32,000 bases of DNA, taken from an uncultured Chloroflexia bacterium. GTDB lineage: Bacteria; Chloroflexota; Ktedonobacteria; Ktedonobacterales; JADMIN01. The stretch covers positions 270,001-302,000 of the forward strand of contig CAVRAI010000004.1 in the NCBI GenBank assembly GCA_963718915.1. The letters are read 5' to 3'. The notes beneath the pieces were generated by a model, which had not been told where the DNA came from, made no database searches, and was given only the letters and a program-made list of their open reading frames with translations. The translations under genes and the position numbers were made by a program. Shown in pieces: positions 1 through 9,710 of this stretch (positions are counted from its first letter, which is position 1; every line of letters starts with the position of its first letter).

Positions 1-37
1 AATCACGAGTGCTTTTTCACGATCATCGCAGGTTATC

Positions 38-1622
38 ATGCCGCGAACACCGCAAGATAGCAACGTACGGGCGCCGCAAGACACTATGACACGCGCATTG
101 CCGCTGGCCGCGCCAACCAATATGCTGCCAGTCCAGGTGATCGAGCGCCAGGTCATCGCGCCTGATGTGGTATCGATTCAGATCGTGCTGCCAGGGACGA
201 GCCAGGCTCCCGCGCCCTATCTATCCGGACAGTTTGTCACCCTGGCGCTGCCCACCCCCCGCGAGACGCTCTATCGGTCATACTCGCTGTGCGGCGATGG
301 CGATCCTTCGCGCCCGTGGGAACTCACCATCAAGCGCATGCAGATGGGCGCCGTTTCCAATTACTTCTATCAGTCCGTGCAGCAAGGCACGCTTCTGTAT
401 GCCAGCCTGCCGCGTGGAACCTTTACCCTGCCGGGCCGCCTCACCCCAGAGATGGCATTCGTATTTGTCGCGACTGGCAGCGGAATCACGCCGATTATGG
501 GTATGTTGCGCGCCATCCGGCGGCTTCCAGCGCAGGAACGCCCGCTGGTGCAGCTTCATTATGCGTCGCGCACCCCAGACGACATCATCTACGGCGATGA
601 ACTGAACGAGATGGATCCAGATCGTATCTGGCTGCGGCAACTTCACTATGTCTCATCTGAGGGTTATCGGATGACCGTCGATGACATTCTTGACTATGCT
701 GGGCCAGCGGCGGTTCGCGCCCACTGGTATATGTGCGGCGCCGATAATTTCAAGCGAGAGTTGCAGACCGAACTGGAGGCGATGGGCGTCTCGGTGCGGC
801 AGATTCACACGGAGGTCTTTGGCTCACAGCATGGCCCAGCCTATCGGGTTGGCCAGTCAGTGGCCTCTACTGAGCCAACCGACCTGTTCATTGCGGATAC
901 GGGCGATGCGCTCAATGTCGAGCCGGGCGAGACACTGCTCGCGGCGTTGGAGCGCAATGGCTATCATCCCGAATTCAGTTGCCGCGCGGGCATCTGTGGC
1001 TCGTGCAAGTTGCGCGATGCTCGAAGGCGAGGTCGATCAGCCGGGCGAAATCCTCTCGCCAGCCGAGAAGGCCAACGGCTATGTGCTCAGCTGTATTGCC
1101 CATCCGCAGGGGCAGGTGACGCTTGCCTCTGGGGGGCGCGCTCCGGCGGGGATGGTGCGCCGCAAGGTGACTGGCGTCAGCGGTGGGCGCTCGCGCACAT
1201 CGGTCACAGGCGTGCGGGCGGCGGCGCTGGTTGGGATGAGCGCCCTGGCAATTGGATCGTGGTCATTGACGAACCATCAGCCGGGTAGCTGGACCGCAGC
1301 TGCGGCGGCGGCCAACCCGCAGCCAACAGCGCCCGCCAATACCAGCCCTGGAGCGATATCCACCACAGCGGGTGGGACAACTCCCATCGCCGGCGGAAAG
1401 ACACCTGGCTCCGGTGGCAACGGTGGTGGCGGCGCTGGCGGAAGCACGCCCACCACGGGTAGCGGTAGTGGTGGTGGAGGTGGCGGCGCCGCGCCAACGG
1501 CCACCTCGGGCGGGAGTGGCGGAGGAACGGGTGGGTCGTCGCCGACCGCGACACCGAAAGCTGCTCCCACGGCGACGCCAAAGCCCCAACCAACGGCTAC
1601 CACGTGTTCGTCGAAGTGCTGA
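38..1622 (+). pseudogene. FNR-family FAD/NAD(P)H oxidoreductase fused to a plant-type 2Fe-2S ferredoxin domain, continuing into a TM anchor and a Gly/Thr/Pro-rich tail. The reading frame is broken near 1010-1017.
   Basis: ORF 38..1288 carries RSYSL (RxYS FAD motif), ATGSGITP (NAD-binding) and CRAGICGSCK (first three Fe-S cysteines). The rest of the ferredoxin fold (MLEGEVDQPG...GYVLSCIAHPQGQVTL, including the 4th Cys) lies in the +1 frame (ORF 681..1622). Dropping one T at 1010-1011 gives CGSCKCAMLEGEV. Confidence 0.75.
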
Positions 1623-1631
1623 GAATAGTCA

Positions 1632-2714
1632 GTGATGAGTCCCAGTCAAGAGTTGGTGGTAATCGAACAAAGTCGGCGTATCATGGCAACGCCGATGAGT
1701 ATCCATATCGCCGTTCCGCCAGATGAGGCGGGCATGGCGAACGCAGCGATTATGCGGGGAATGGCCTGGCTCGATGGCCTGAGTGACCGGCTGACACGTT
1801 TCTCGCAGGAAAGCGAGTTGTCGCGACTCAACGCTTCGGCGGGCGTATGGTGCGCGGTCTCGGGTACGCTCTTCGCCGTCGTCGCCGAGAGTCTCGCGGC
1901 GGCGCGGGTCACTGATGGCCTGTTCGATCCGGCCCTGTTGCCGCTCCTCGAAGCCATTGGCTACGACCGCGACTATGGCGAGATCAAGCATCGCGAGATA
2001 GGCGAGGTGGGCGAGATAGGCGAGGTGGGCGAGGCGTATGGAGAGCCGTTTGTCGCGGGAAGCTGGCGCGGCATCGAACTGGACGCCCGTCGGCTGCGTA
2101 TCTTGCTGCCAGAGGGTACGCGCCTCGACCTCGGCGGCATCGCCAAAGGCTGGGCAGCCGATGCTGTGTTGGCGCGCTACTTCAGGCAGTACGACAATGT
2201 GCTGATCAATGCCGGGGGCGATATGCGCGCGCAGGGCGGACCAAAAGCGGGTGAGCCATGGCCCATCGGCATCGGTAACCCACTCGCGCCGCCCGACGAC
2301 GAGACGACTGGCGAATCGTCCGAGAGCGCTGCGGTTTTGACGATGAGTCGCGGCGGGATCGCGACATCTGGGGCAAATTGGCGCTGGTGGTATCAGGGTG
2401 GAGAGCGCCAGCATCACCTGCTCGATCCGCGCACCAGCCGCCCAATGGCGCTCTGGATCGATGCTAGCGATAACGAACGTGACAATACATCGGATCTGAT
2501 CGCGTCAGCCACCGCGCTTGCGCCCACAGCGGCCCATGCGGAGGTGGCGGCGAAAGTTGCGCTCCTGCGTGGCTATCCCGATGCGTTACACGCGGTTGAG
2601 CAGTCCTGGGACGCGAGTCGTGTCGCGGAAGCGGTTCCCTATGGAGATGAGGCGGTGGCATTGCTCGTCATTCTTAGGAAATGGCGCCGTTGTTTGTTCG
2701 GCGAATATACATGA
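1632..2714 (+). CDS. apbE: FAD:protein FMN transferase (ApbE family)
   Basis: Contains DLGGIAKGWAAD, SELSRLN and the ATSG motif typical of ApbE. ATG at 1635 is an alternative start. No hydrophobic signal peptide or lipobox in the first ~40 aa. The C-terminus may really continue in another frame to 2760 (see findings). Confidence 0.85.
   Translation: MMSPSQELVVIEQSRRIMATPMSIHIAVPPDEAGMANAAIMRGMAWLDGLSDRLTRFSQESELSRLNASAGVWCAVSGTLFAVVAESLAAARVTDGLFDPALLPLLEAIGYDRDYGEIKHREIGEVGEIGEVGEAYGEPFVAGSWRGIELDARRLRILLPEGTRLDLGGIAKGWAADAVLARYFRQYDNVLINAGGDMRAQGGPKAGEPWPIGIGNPLAPPDDETTGESSESAAVLTMSRGGIATSGANWRWWYQGGERQHHLLDPRTSRPMALWIDASDNERDNTSDLIASATALAPTAAHAEVAAKVALLRGYPDALHAVEQSWDASRVAEAVPYGDEAVALLVILRKWRRCLFGEYT
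1993..2036 (+). repeat. Perfect 18-bp tandem duplication (gcgagataggcgaggtgg x2, plus a partial copy) inside apbE, encoding (EIGEVG)n
   Basis: 1993-2010 and 2011-2028 are identical base for base. The underlying 9-bp ggcgagNNN periodicity starts near 1977. Confidence 0.9.
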
Positions 2715-2747
2715 GTTTCTCAATCACGTTGGAGGCGGTGGAGATTT

Positions 2748-3365
2748 ATGGCTGGACTGATCGTTCTTCCCTGGGCGGGCATCGCGTCGCACCTGCCTTC
2801 GCTGGCCAGCGCCGCCGCGACAAGTCCGACCTTGTGGTATCTGACACGCACAACCGCAGTCGCAGCCTATGTCGCGCTGACACTGTCGGTGATGCTGGGT
2901 CTGTTGCGCACCATCGCGCGATCATCCGCCGAGCGGCTCTCCTGGATCGTGGATGAGCTTCATTCCTTTGTCGCCACACTGGCGGGCGTCTTCGTCTTCG
3001 GCCATCTGCTGACGATCAAACTGGATACGTTCGTGGTCTTCTCGCTACGCGATCTGCTCGTGCCAGGACAAGGCCCCTATAAGCCGGTTGCTGTCAATAT
3101 TGGCATCTTCGCGCTCTATGTGATGGCGCTCGCGTTGCTCAGTTCGTGGATCCGGCGATTCATCCCCTATCGATACTGGCGCGCCATTCACTATCTCAGC
3201 TTTCTTGCCTTCGCGCTGGTCACGATCCATGGTTGGCTGGCTGGCAGTGATACCAACGAACCCTGGCTGCGCGCGCTCTACGTCGGCGGCGCGGCGGCAG
3301 TCACCTTCCTGACGGTGATGCGCCTGGTTGCGCGTCCGAAGGTTGCGAAGAAGCAGGCCGCCTGA
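2748..3365 (+). CDS. Ferric-reductase-like transmembrane haem-binding protein (FRD/MsrQ-type)
   Basis: 205-aa polytopic membrane protein with His pairs on TM helices (ELHSFV/FGHLL and AIHYLS/TIHGW). GGAG lies 4 nt upstream of the ATG. Confidence 0.7.
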   Translation: MAGLIVLPWAGIASHLPSLASAAATSPTLWYLTRTTAVAAYVALTLSVMLGLLRTIARSSAERLSWIVDELHSFVATLAGVFVFGHLLTIKLDTFVVFSLRDLLVPGQGPYKPVAVNIGIFALYVMALALLSSWIRRFIPYRYWRAIHYLSFLAFALVTIHGWLAGSDTNEPWLRALYVGGAAAVTFLTVMRLVARPKVAKKQAA

Positions 3366-3412
3366 ACGCATGCGCAGTTTGCGCCGCGATGATAGTTCAC
3401 TGGCGAAGAGTC

Positions 3413-4442
3413 TCACAGTTTGGCGATCAGCGTAGCCAGCTTCTTACGATAGGGCGCCCCACTGATGCGCTCCCAGAATGGCGCGAAGTTCTGGAGTAAT
3501 GTATCTCGCTGCGCCTCCTGCGCCTTGAGAAATCCATCCAGCAACGCATCGTCCTGGCTATCGTCGCGCAGTCGCGTGAGTAAGGCGACTGCGAAGACGC
3601 AATCCTGCAGGTCGCCCAGATGACTCTGCACATCTTTGAGCGTCCCCAGAAGCGACTGGGCGTTGCTATCGCTATCTTCCGTGAAAAGCTCCAGCGCATA
3701 GCGTAGCTGCTTGCAGGCGATGCGCAGCGCGTGAAGCTGCTCTGCCGCCGCGACGCCAGCGACCACGATTTCGAAACGCAGAACGGCTTCGTACCGACTC
3801 CAGAGAGCGCTGCCCGCGACGTGGCGCACCAACACCTGCTGAGCGCTCTGTCCGCGCGTGACCAGCTGTTGCGCTGCACGTTGCGGATCGTATAGCAAAC
3901 GCTGTGTTTTGGGGTGCTGTAGCGTCCGCCTCAGACGGCCGAGCGCCTTCTCACGGCGACGATTCAAGTCCGCACGAAGCGCGCTCTTCTCGCCACCAGT
4001 CTCGTCTCGTCTCGTCTGTCTCGTCTGTCTCGTCCGTCTCGGAGAGCGTGTGCTCGTAGTCGTCCAAATGCTCCAGCAGAATATCGAGGTCGCGCACCGC
4101 GCCCAGACGATCCGCCATCGGTTGGAGTCGCGCGCGCAGGCGATTCACTGGCTTGCGCCGGAACGCGGGTGTCTCCTCAAGCAGACGCGCCATTGTACGG
4201 AATCGGCGGGTGGCTACCCGCATCTGGTGAATGTCCTCAACGTCGCTTTCTTCAGAGACCACATCAACGAAGTCGTGAATTCGCGAGAGTTGCGCGCTCA
4301 AGGCCTCTACGCCGAGGCACGCGAGAGACTTTCTGCCCAGCGACATCCCCTCGGATTCAGCCACGCCATTCCGACGGTCGTTTGGTGGTCGCTTGCCTGT
4401 CTGTATTTCCATTGGGGCGCTTCTTTCACCAGCGCTATCCAT
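3413..4442 (-). pseudogene. CHAD domain-containing protein split into two overlapping frames (3951..4442 and 3413..3967)
   Basis: Both halves carry CHAD-type helix motifs (IHQMRVATRRFRTMARLL and LHALRIACKQLRYALELF). Their combined length of about 345 aa fits one CHAD protein. The junction falls at or next to a GAGAC/GACGAGACN repeat tract. Confidence 0.8.
3999..4040 (-). repeat. Mixed 5-bp/9-bp microsatellite (coding strand GAGAC x3 adjoining GACGAGACR units), encoding (ETD)n
   Basis: Plus strand reads gtctc gtctc gtctc gtct gtctc gtct gtctc gtcc gtctc. Confidence 0.9.
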
Positions 4443-4639
4443 GCGATACGGAGATTTCTGCCTGGGGAGAAGGTGATTTCACGTGGTGACGTCTCTTGAT
4501 CCGCCATAGGTCATGGCGCTTCATTGTACGCCATGTAACGCCGTACCTGCTACAATAAACCGAAGAATTCGCATGGCCTGATTGCGCCACCTCACAAACT
4601 GGCGTATACTGGTGCGCCAGAAACCGGGAGGTGAACGTC

Positions 4640-7573
4640 ATGGCACAGGTCGCCCTGTATATGTTTGGGCCGCCACGCATCGAGATTGATAATGAACCAG
4701 CCACGATAGATACCCGCAAAGCGCTCGCCCTGTTCGTCTATCTGGCAGTCACGCGACGGCCCCATACCCGCGATGCCATCGCCGGGCTGTTCTGGCCAGA
4801 CTACGATCAGGCCCACGCGCGCGCGACACTACGGCGCACGCTCTCGCCGCTCCATCGTCTGCTGGGCGAGGGCTATCTCAACATCGAGCGCGAGATGCTG
4901 GCCCTTCAGGCGGACGCCGCGCTCTGGTCTGATGTCGATGAATTCGAGACGCTGTTGGCTCGCTGCCAGACGCATAGGCACGACGTGAGTGTTGCCTGCG
5001 CCAAATGCCTCCCATTGCTCAATCAGGCGGCTGACCTCTACGCCGATAGTTTCCTCGCTGGATTCGCACTGCGTGATAGTCCGTCATTCGATGACTGGCA
5101 ATGGGCGCAGGGCGAGCGTCTGCGGCGCAATCTGGCAAGCGCGCTGGAACGTCTCGCGCTTGGCTACAGCGCCAGCGGAGCGTATGACGCGGCGCTGCTT
5201 GCCGCTCGTCGCTGGCTCTCACTGGATCGCTTGCATGAACCGGCGCACCGCCTGCTGATGTCTATCTATACCTGGGCTGGCCAGCGGTCGTCCGCGCTAC
5301 AGCAGTATCGCAGCTGCGTCCAGGTATTGGACGAAGAATTGGGCGTCGCGCCGCTCGAGGCCACAACCGACCTCTATGAGGCCCTACGCGCGAAGCATCT
5401 GCCGCCATTGCCTGAACTGGCCAACGGCCATACACCCACTGTGGCCGCGCCCGCCATTGCCCCGAGGCCCGCGCCATCTTCACCGCCAGAGCGTAGTCAT
5501 GTGCCGTTCGTTGGGCGCGACATCGAGCTTGAACGTCTGCTTGACATCTGGCATCAGGATATCGTGGGTGGCTGCGTGATGATTGTGGCCGGTGAGGCAG
5601 GCATCGGTAAGACACGCCTTGCACAGGAGTTTCTGAGCCAGGCGCGTGCCGAGGGCGCCGGGACGCTGGTGGCGCGCTGTTTCGAGGGTGAGAGCCACCT
5701 GGCGTATGGGCCACTCGCGATGGCGCTACGAAGCGCGCTCCCACCTGGCGGCGCTGGCTGGCCCGCCCGACTGGAGGCGCCGTGGGCGGCGGAAATCGCG
5801 CGGTTGCTGCCGGAACTGCCGGTTGCGCGTGGGGATGGCGAAAGCCTCCTGCCGATTGAAGGGCCTGGCGCGCAGACCCGTTTCTATGAAGCCCTGCGGC
5901 GCGCGCTTATCGCGGCCTGCGCCAGTACCAGCAGGGGACTTTTCGTGCTGGACGACGCCCAGTGGGCCGACGGCGCGACGCTGACGTTCCTGGCCTATCT
6001 GGCGCGCCGGATCAACGACCAGCCGCTGAGTATGCTGCTCCTCTACCGTACGGGCGAGACTGGCGAGCAGCCTGAACTGGAGCATCTGCTCGGTGTTGCC
6101 CGCAAAACAACACACGTCATTGTCGAACCTGGGCGGCTACAGCCTCAGGATGTGCATGCGCTGGTGACGGCCCAGATGCCTCACGAGCAGGCATCCAGTG
6201 ACGTCGCCACACGACTGTATCAGGAAACCGAAGGGCTGCCGTTCTTCCTGGTCGAGTATCTGGCGGCCATCAGCAGCGGATTGCTCACTGCGGAGAGCCG
6301 GGCGTGGTCCCTGCCCGGCGGGGTGCGCGAACTGTTGCGCTCGCATCTGAGCGCCGTTAGCGAGACAGGATGGCAGGTGATGAGCGCCGCCGCGGTGCTG
6401 GGGCGTTCCGCGCCGTACGAGCTGCTACACGAGGTGAGTGGGAGAAGTGACGACGAGACGGTCGCGGCGCTCGAAGAGCTGACTGGTCGCGGACTGCTGC
6501 GTGAGGCAACCGCTGAAAACGCGAAAGCAACGACGCCTGTCTATGATTTCTCGCATGAGAAGCTACGCGCGTTGGTCTACGACGAGATAAGTCTCGCACG
6601 GCGACGGCTGCTGCATCGCCGCGCCGCCGAGTTTCTTAGCACAAGGTTGGCGAGTCGGCGCGATAGCGAGGTGCGGGCCAGTCAGGTTGCCCGCCACTAC
6701 CTGCTGACGGGCAATGATGCCGAGGCGGCGCATTACTATCGCATTGCCGGTAACGATGCCCGCGATCTCTATGCCAACGCCGATGCGCTGGAGCATCTGC
6801 GAACCGCGCTGGCGCTGGGACATCCTGATGTGGTGGCGCTCCACTGTGATATCGGCGACCTGGAGACGCTGCTTGGCGAGTACTCAGCCGCGCTGGCCAG
6901 CTACGAGAAGGCTGCGGCGCTCTGTACGTCCGAGGAATTGCCCGCCGTCGAGCGTCGCCTGGGGAACGTGTACGCGCGTCGTGGCGAGTGGCGTTCCGCC
7001 GCATCGCACTACGAAGAGGCGGAGGCTGCCAGCGCTGAGGCTGAGATGGATTCGGCATGGCAATCGTTGCTCTCCGCCGACTGGAGTCTGGCGGCGTGGC
7101 GCATGGATGACGCGGAACGGTCGCGGGCGCTCGCGGCTCAGGCGCTGACGCTGGCCGAACAATCGGGCGATCTGCATGCGCTGGCGCAGGCTCACAATAT
7201 TCTTGGCATCTTGATGTCCGAGGACATTGCTGCGGCCCGCGCTCACCTGGAACAGAGCCTTGCCGCGGCTACGCAACTCAACGCGCCGATGCTCCGTGTG
7301 GCCGCGCTCAACAATCTGGCGCATCTTTGGCAGAAGAGCGGCGACTTGCCTGACGCGGTGACATGCGCTCAGGCGGCGCTCGATCTGAGCGTTACGCTTG
7401 GCGACCGCCACCATGAGGCCGCTCTCCACAACCACCTGGCCGACCTGTTGCATGCGGCGAACCGCTCGACCGAGGCGATGGCGCATGTCCGCCAGGCGGT
7501 GCTGATCTACGCGGAAATCGGCGTCGAAGCGGGCACAGTGCAGACGGAAATCTGGAAGCTCTCCGAGTGGTGA
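4640..7573 (+). CDS. SARP/AfsR-family transcriptional regulator (winged helix + BTAD + AAA ATPase + TPR)
   Basis: N-terminal OmpR-like/BTAD sequence ([44 protein letters not shown]). Walker [14 protein letters not shown]-like C-terminus. GGGAGG lies 9 nt before ATG 4640; the track ORF starts at GTG 4631. Confidence 0.85.
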   Translation: MAQVALYMFGPPRIEIDNEPATIDTRKALALFVYLAVTRRPHTRDAIAGLFWPDYDQAHARATLRRTLSPLHRLLGEGYLNIEREMLALQADAALWSDVDEFETLLARCQTHRHDVSVACAKCLPLLNQAADLYADSFLAGFALRDSPSFDDWQWAQGERLRRNLASALERLALGYSASGAYDAALLAARRWLSLDRLHEPAHRLLMSIYTWAGQRSSALQQYRSCVQVLDEELGVAPLEATTDLYEALRAKHLPPLPELANGHTPTVAAPAIAPRPAPSSPPERSHVPFVGRDIELERLLDIWHQDIVGGCVMIVAGEAGIGKTRLAQEFLSQARAEGAGTLVARCFEGESHLAYGPLAMALRSALPPGGAGWPARLEAPWAAEIARLLPELPVARGDGESLLPIEGPGAQTRFYEALRRALIAACASTSRGLFVLDDAQWADGATLTFLAYLARRINDQPLSMLLLYRTGETGEQPELEHLLGVARKTTHVIVEPGRLQPQDVHALVTAQMPHEQASSDVATRLYQETEGLPFFLVEYLAAISSGLLTAESRAWSLPGGVRELLRSHLSAVSETGWQVMSAAAVLGRSAPYELLHEVSGRSDDETVAALEELTGRGLLREATAENAKATTPVYDFSHEKLRALVYDEISLARRRLLHRRAAEFLSTRLASRRDSEVRASQVARHYLLTGNDAEAAHYYRIAGNDARDLYANADALEHLRTALALGHPDVVALHCDIGDLETLLGEYSAALASYEKAAALCTSEELPAVERRLGNVYARRGEWRSAASHYEEAEAASAEAEMDSAWQSLLSADWSLAAWRMDDAERSRALAAQALTLAEQSGDLHALAQAHNILGILMSEDIAAARAHLEQSLAAATQLNAPMLRVAALNNLAHLWQKSGDLPDAVTCAQAALDLSVTLGDRHHEAALHNHLADLLHAANRSTEAMAHVRQAVLIYAEIGVEAGTVQTEIWKLSEW

Positions 7574-7577
7574 GCGC

Positions 7578-8062
7578 CTATTCCGCTTTATAACCGAATC
7601 GTCGGAGCAGCCCCTTGCGTTCGGCAATATCGGCCTCTGTCTCGATGCCTTTGGCGCGATGCCATCGATGACGCCAAGGATGCCGCGCCCCTGTTCGGTC
7701 TCCGCGACGATCACCTGAACGGGATTGGCGGTGGCGCAGTAGATGTGGCAGACCTCCTGCACGGCGCGCACCGCCGGAAGCACGTTGATGGGGAAGGCGT
7801 TGCGTAGCAAGATGAGGAAGGCATGACCAGCGCCCAGGGCAAGCATGGTGGCGCGCGCAAGCTCGGTCAGCTCATCGTCGGTGCCGCTCCACCGCACAAG
7901 CGCTGGCCCGGACGCCTCGTTGAATGCCAGCCCAAACTTGATGCCCGGTACCGCGCCTACCAGCGCCTCATGTAAATCCTCGACCGTCTTGATAAAGTGG
8001 CTCTGGCCGAGGATCAGATTCACATCTTCCGGCTTCTGAATGTCCACCACGACCGTTTCCAT
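7578..8062 (-). pseudogene. Adenosine-specific kinase family protein (PF04008-like), frameshifted near 7650
   Basis: [35 protein letters not shown]...[28 protein letters not shown] matches the family as I remember it. Adding one A to the AAA run (plus-strand TTT 7650-7652) gives ...[25 protein letters not shown], ending at stop 7578-7580. As written, the frame runs on antisense to the SARP gene down to 6884. Confidence 0.8.
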
Positions 8063-8124
8063 ATCGGCCTCCTGATGTTAGGATACTGGCGACAGCGCCA
8101 TCGTGCGGACATCATACCACCGCG

Positions 8125-8404
8125 CTATTTTGCGTCTTTTTGCTGATGATCGCCCGCTTGCTCGACGGCGCGAATGATTTCGGGGATATGGGTCATGCGC
8201 CAGATGAGCGCGATGGCGCTGCCGAACACGCCGGCCAGGATGACGATCACGACGATGAGGGTAAAGTCGGCGGTGGTGGGCAGCCGATGGCTGAGCAGCA
8301 AGACGGTCGCCGTTGCGAGTATGCCGGCAATCAGCGCGGTCAGCAGGCACCCTTTCGCCACAGCTGAAGAATACGCCCTCGAAGTATCGTCCAATTCGGC
8401 CCAT
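8125..8404 (-). CDS. Small two-TM membrane protein of unknown function
   Basis: Two hydrophobic helices (CLLTALIAGILATATVLLL and FTLIVVIVILAGVFGSAIALIW). AGGAGG plus ATG at 8404 is one frame off from the membrane ORF, which otherwise begins at TTG 8394. A one-base shorter CCC run at 8400-8402 gives MAELDDTSRAY... Confidence 0.5.
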
Positions 8405-8625
8405 GATGCCCTCCTGAACAGGTGGTTGTCGTCTGTAAACGACCGTCGTTCTGTCGCGGTCAGATAGTTATCACTGGTCGCATCTTAGGCGTGTGGTCGC
8501 CTGTTGTCAACGCGCAATCTTCACGCCTGTATCGCCTGGCGCAGCTTTCGGGTTATGATAGATGAGCGGTGACGCCATCCATATTCACCGATATTCACAA
8601 CTCTCGCCAGGGCAGGAGGATTAAT

Positions 8626-9126
8626 ATGCCAGAGACACCATCCAGTTCGTCAGCGGGGCAACCCATCAATCGCTCTGGTGCGGAGCGGCTTGGCGCGCAG
8701 GTGTATGCGCTCGTGCGCGCATGCCCGCCGGGCCGCGTCACCACCTACGGTTGGATCGGCGCAGCAATGGGCTATCCGCGTGGTGCGCGTATGGTCGGCT
8801 GGTTCATGAACAAGGCGCCCCGTTGGGAAAACGTACCCGCGCAGCGTGTCATCAACAGCAAGGGCGAGCTTTCGGGCAGCTGGGCATTCGGGCAGCGTGG
8901 GCGCATGCGCGAACTGTTGGAGCAGGAAGGCGTCGTCTTTAGCGCTGAGGGCCGGGTGGATCTCAAGCGCTATGGCTGGGATCCATCGCGCGACCTCAGT
9001 GATGACGAGCGCGCCAATATCCTGGCCTCCGCCGACAATGCGCCCGCCGACGTTGACGACGAGCTATTGCGACTGCTGATGGATGATCCCGCATCGCCCT
9101 TCCGCATCCAGCCGACAGGCCACTAA
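8626..9126 (+). CDS. MGMT-family, alkyltransferase-like (ATL) DNA-binding protein lacking the acceptor Cys
   Basis: GRVTTYGWIGAAMGYPRGARMVGW...VPAQRVINSKGELSG: the PCHRV active-site position reads PAQRV. AGGAGG lies 6 nt upstream of ATG 8626. There is an acidic C-terminal extension of about 60 aa. Confidence 0.7.
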   Translation: MPETPSSSSAGQPINRSGAERLGAQVYALVRACPPGRVTTYGWIGAAMGYPRGARMVGWFMNKAPRWENVPAQRVINSKGELSGSWAFGQRGRMRELLEQEGVVFSAEGRVDLKRYGWDPSRDLSDDERANILASADNAPADVDDELLRLLMDDPASPFRIQPTGH

Positions 9127-9234
9127 GCGGGGATCTGTGAGCAGCCGCTGGCGCAGCCCGTAGTACTCGACAGAATCGTACAGTTCGATTGGTTCTGGCA
9201 GCTGGATGTATCACGGGAAGTCAGGGAGAGACCA

Positions 9235-9681
9235 ATGTCGAGGTACCTGTCGGGATCGGCGCCGGTGGTGACCGCGTCCCTCTCCGTCTTCGTCTCCGTC
9301 CTCGGCGTCTTTATGGTGTTTAGCCTGTACGCTCGCAGCATTCAAGGGCTTTACATCGGTGGGTTGGGGTTTGCCTGGCTTGGGCTCGCGCTCTGGCTGG
9401 CATTTTCGGCGCCCTTCACACTTCTCGCCATCCTTATCGCCTGTGGCTTGGCGCTCATGCGGCGGCGCTGGATATGGACTGGCGCGCTCGTCGCGGTAGT
9501 AGCGCTGGGCTGTCTTGGACTGTCCGAATCTACGTCAGACATGGCCCACACTGCTGTAAGCCTGGTCTTTGGCAGTGGGACCTTAGGTCTCTGGCAATTT
9601 ATCGTCGAATTTCCCCTGCTTATGCTCGTGTCTCTATTCGCCCTCGTTTCGGTGCTGGTAGAGGCACGCCGCTCCCGATAG
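9235..9681 (+). CDS. Polytopic membrane protein of unknown function
   Basis: 148 aa with about four hydrophobic helices. GGGAGAG lies upstream of the ATG. I recognise no motif. Confidence 0.5.
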   Translation: MSRYLSGSAPVVTASLSVFVSVLGVFMVFSLYARSIQGLYIGGLGFAWLGLALWLAFSAPFTLLAILIACGLALMRRRWIWTGALVAVVALGCLGLSESTSDMAHTAVSLVFGSGTLGLWQFIVEFPLLMLVSLFALVSVLVEARRSR

Positions 9682-9710
9682 GCGCTAAGCTCACCTCAGC
9701 CTGTGATGTC

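Noticed and set aside
1277-1603. Minus-strand Pro-rich ORF (PPPLPP...) opposite the Gly-rich tail
   Set aside because: It is the mirror image of a GGN-rich tract. The plus-strand frame is continuous with a signal-anchor and sits in operon order ahead of apbE, so the plus strand is the more plausible coding strand. This is not proven.
6884-7577. The downstream part of the 392-aa minus-strand ORF 6884..8062, which overlaps the SARP regulator gene
   Set aside because: Only the first ~135 residues match the adenosine-specific-kinase family. The remainder is read-through caused by a one-base frameshift near 7650, in a frame that happens to stay open antisense to a GC-rich gene.
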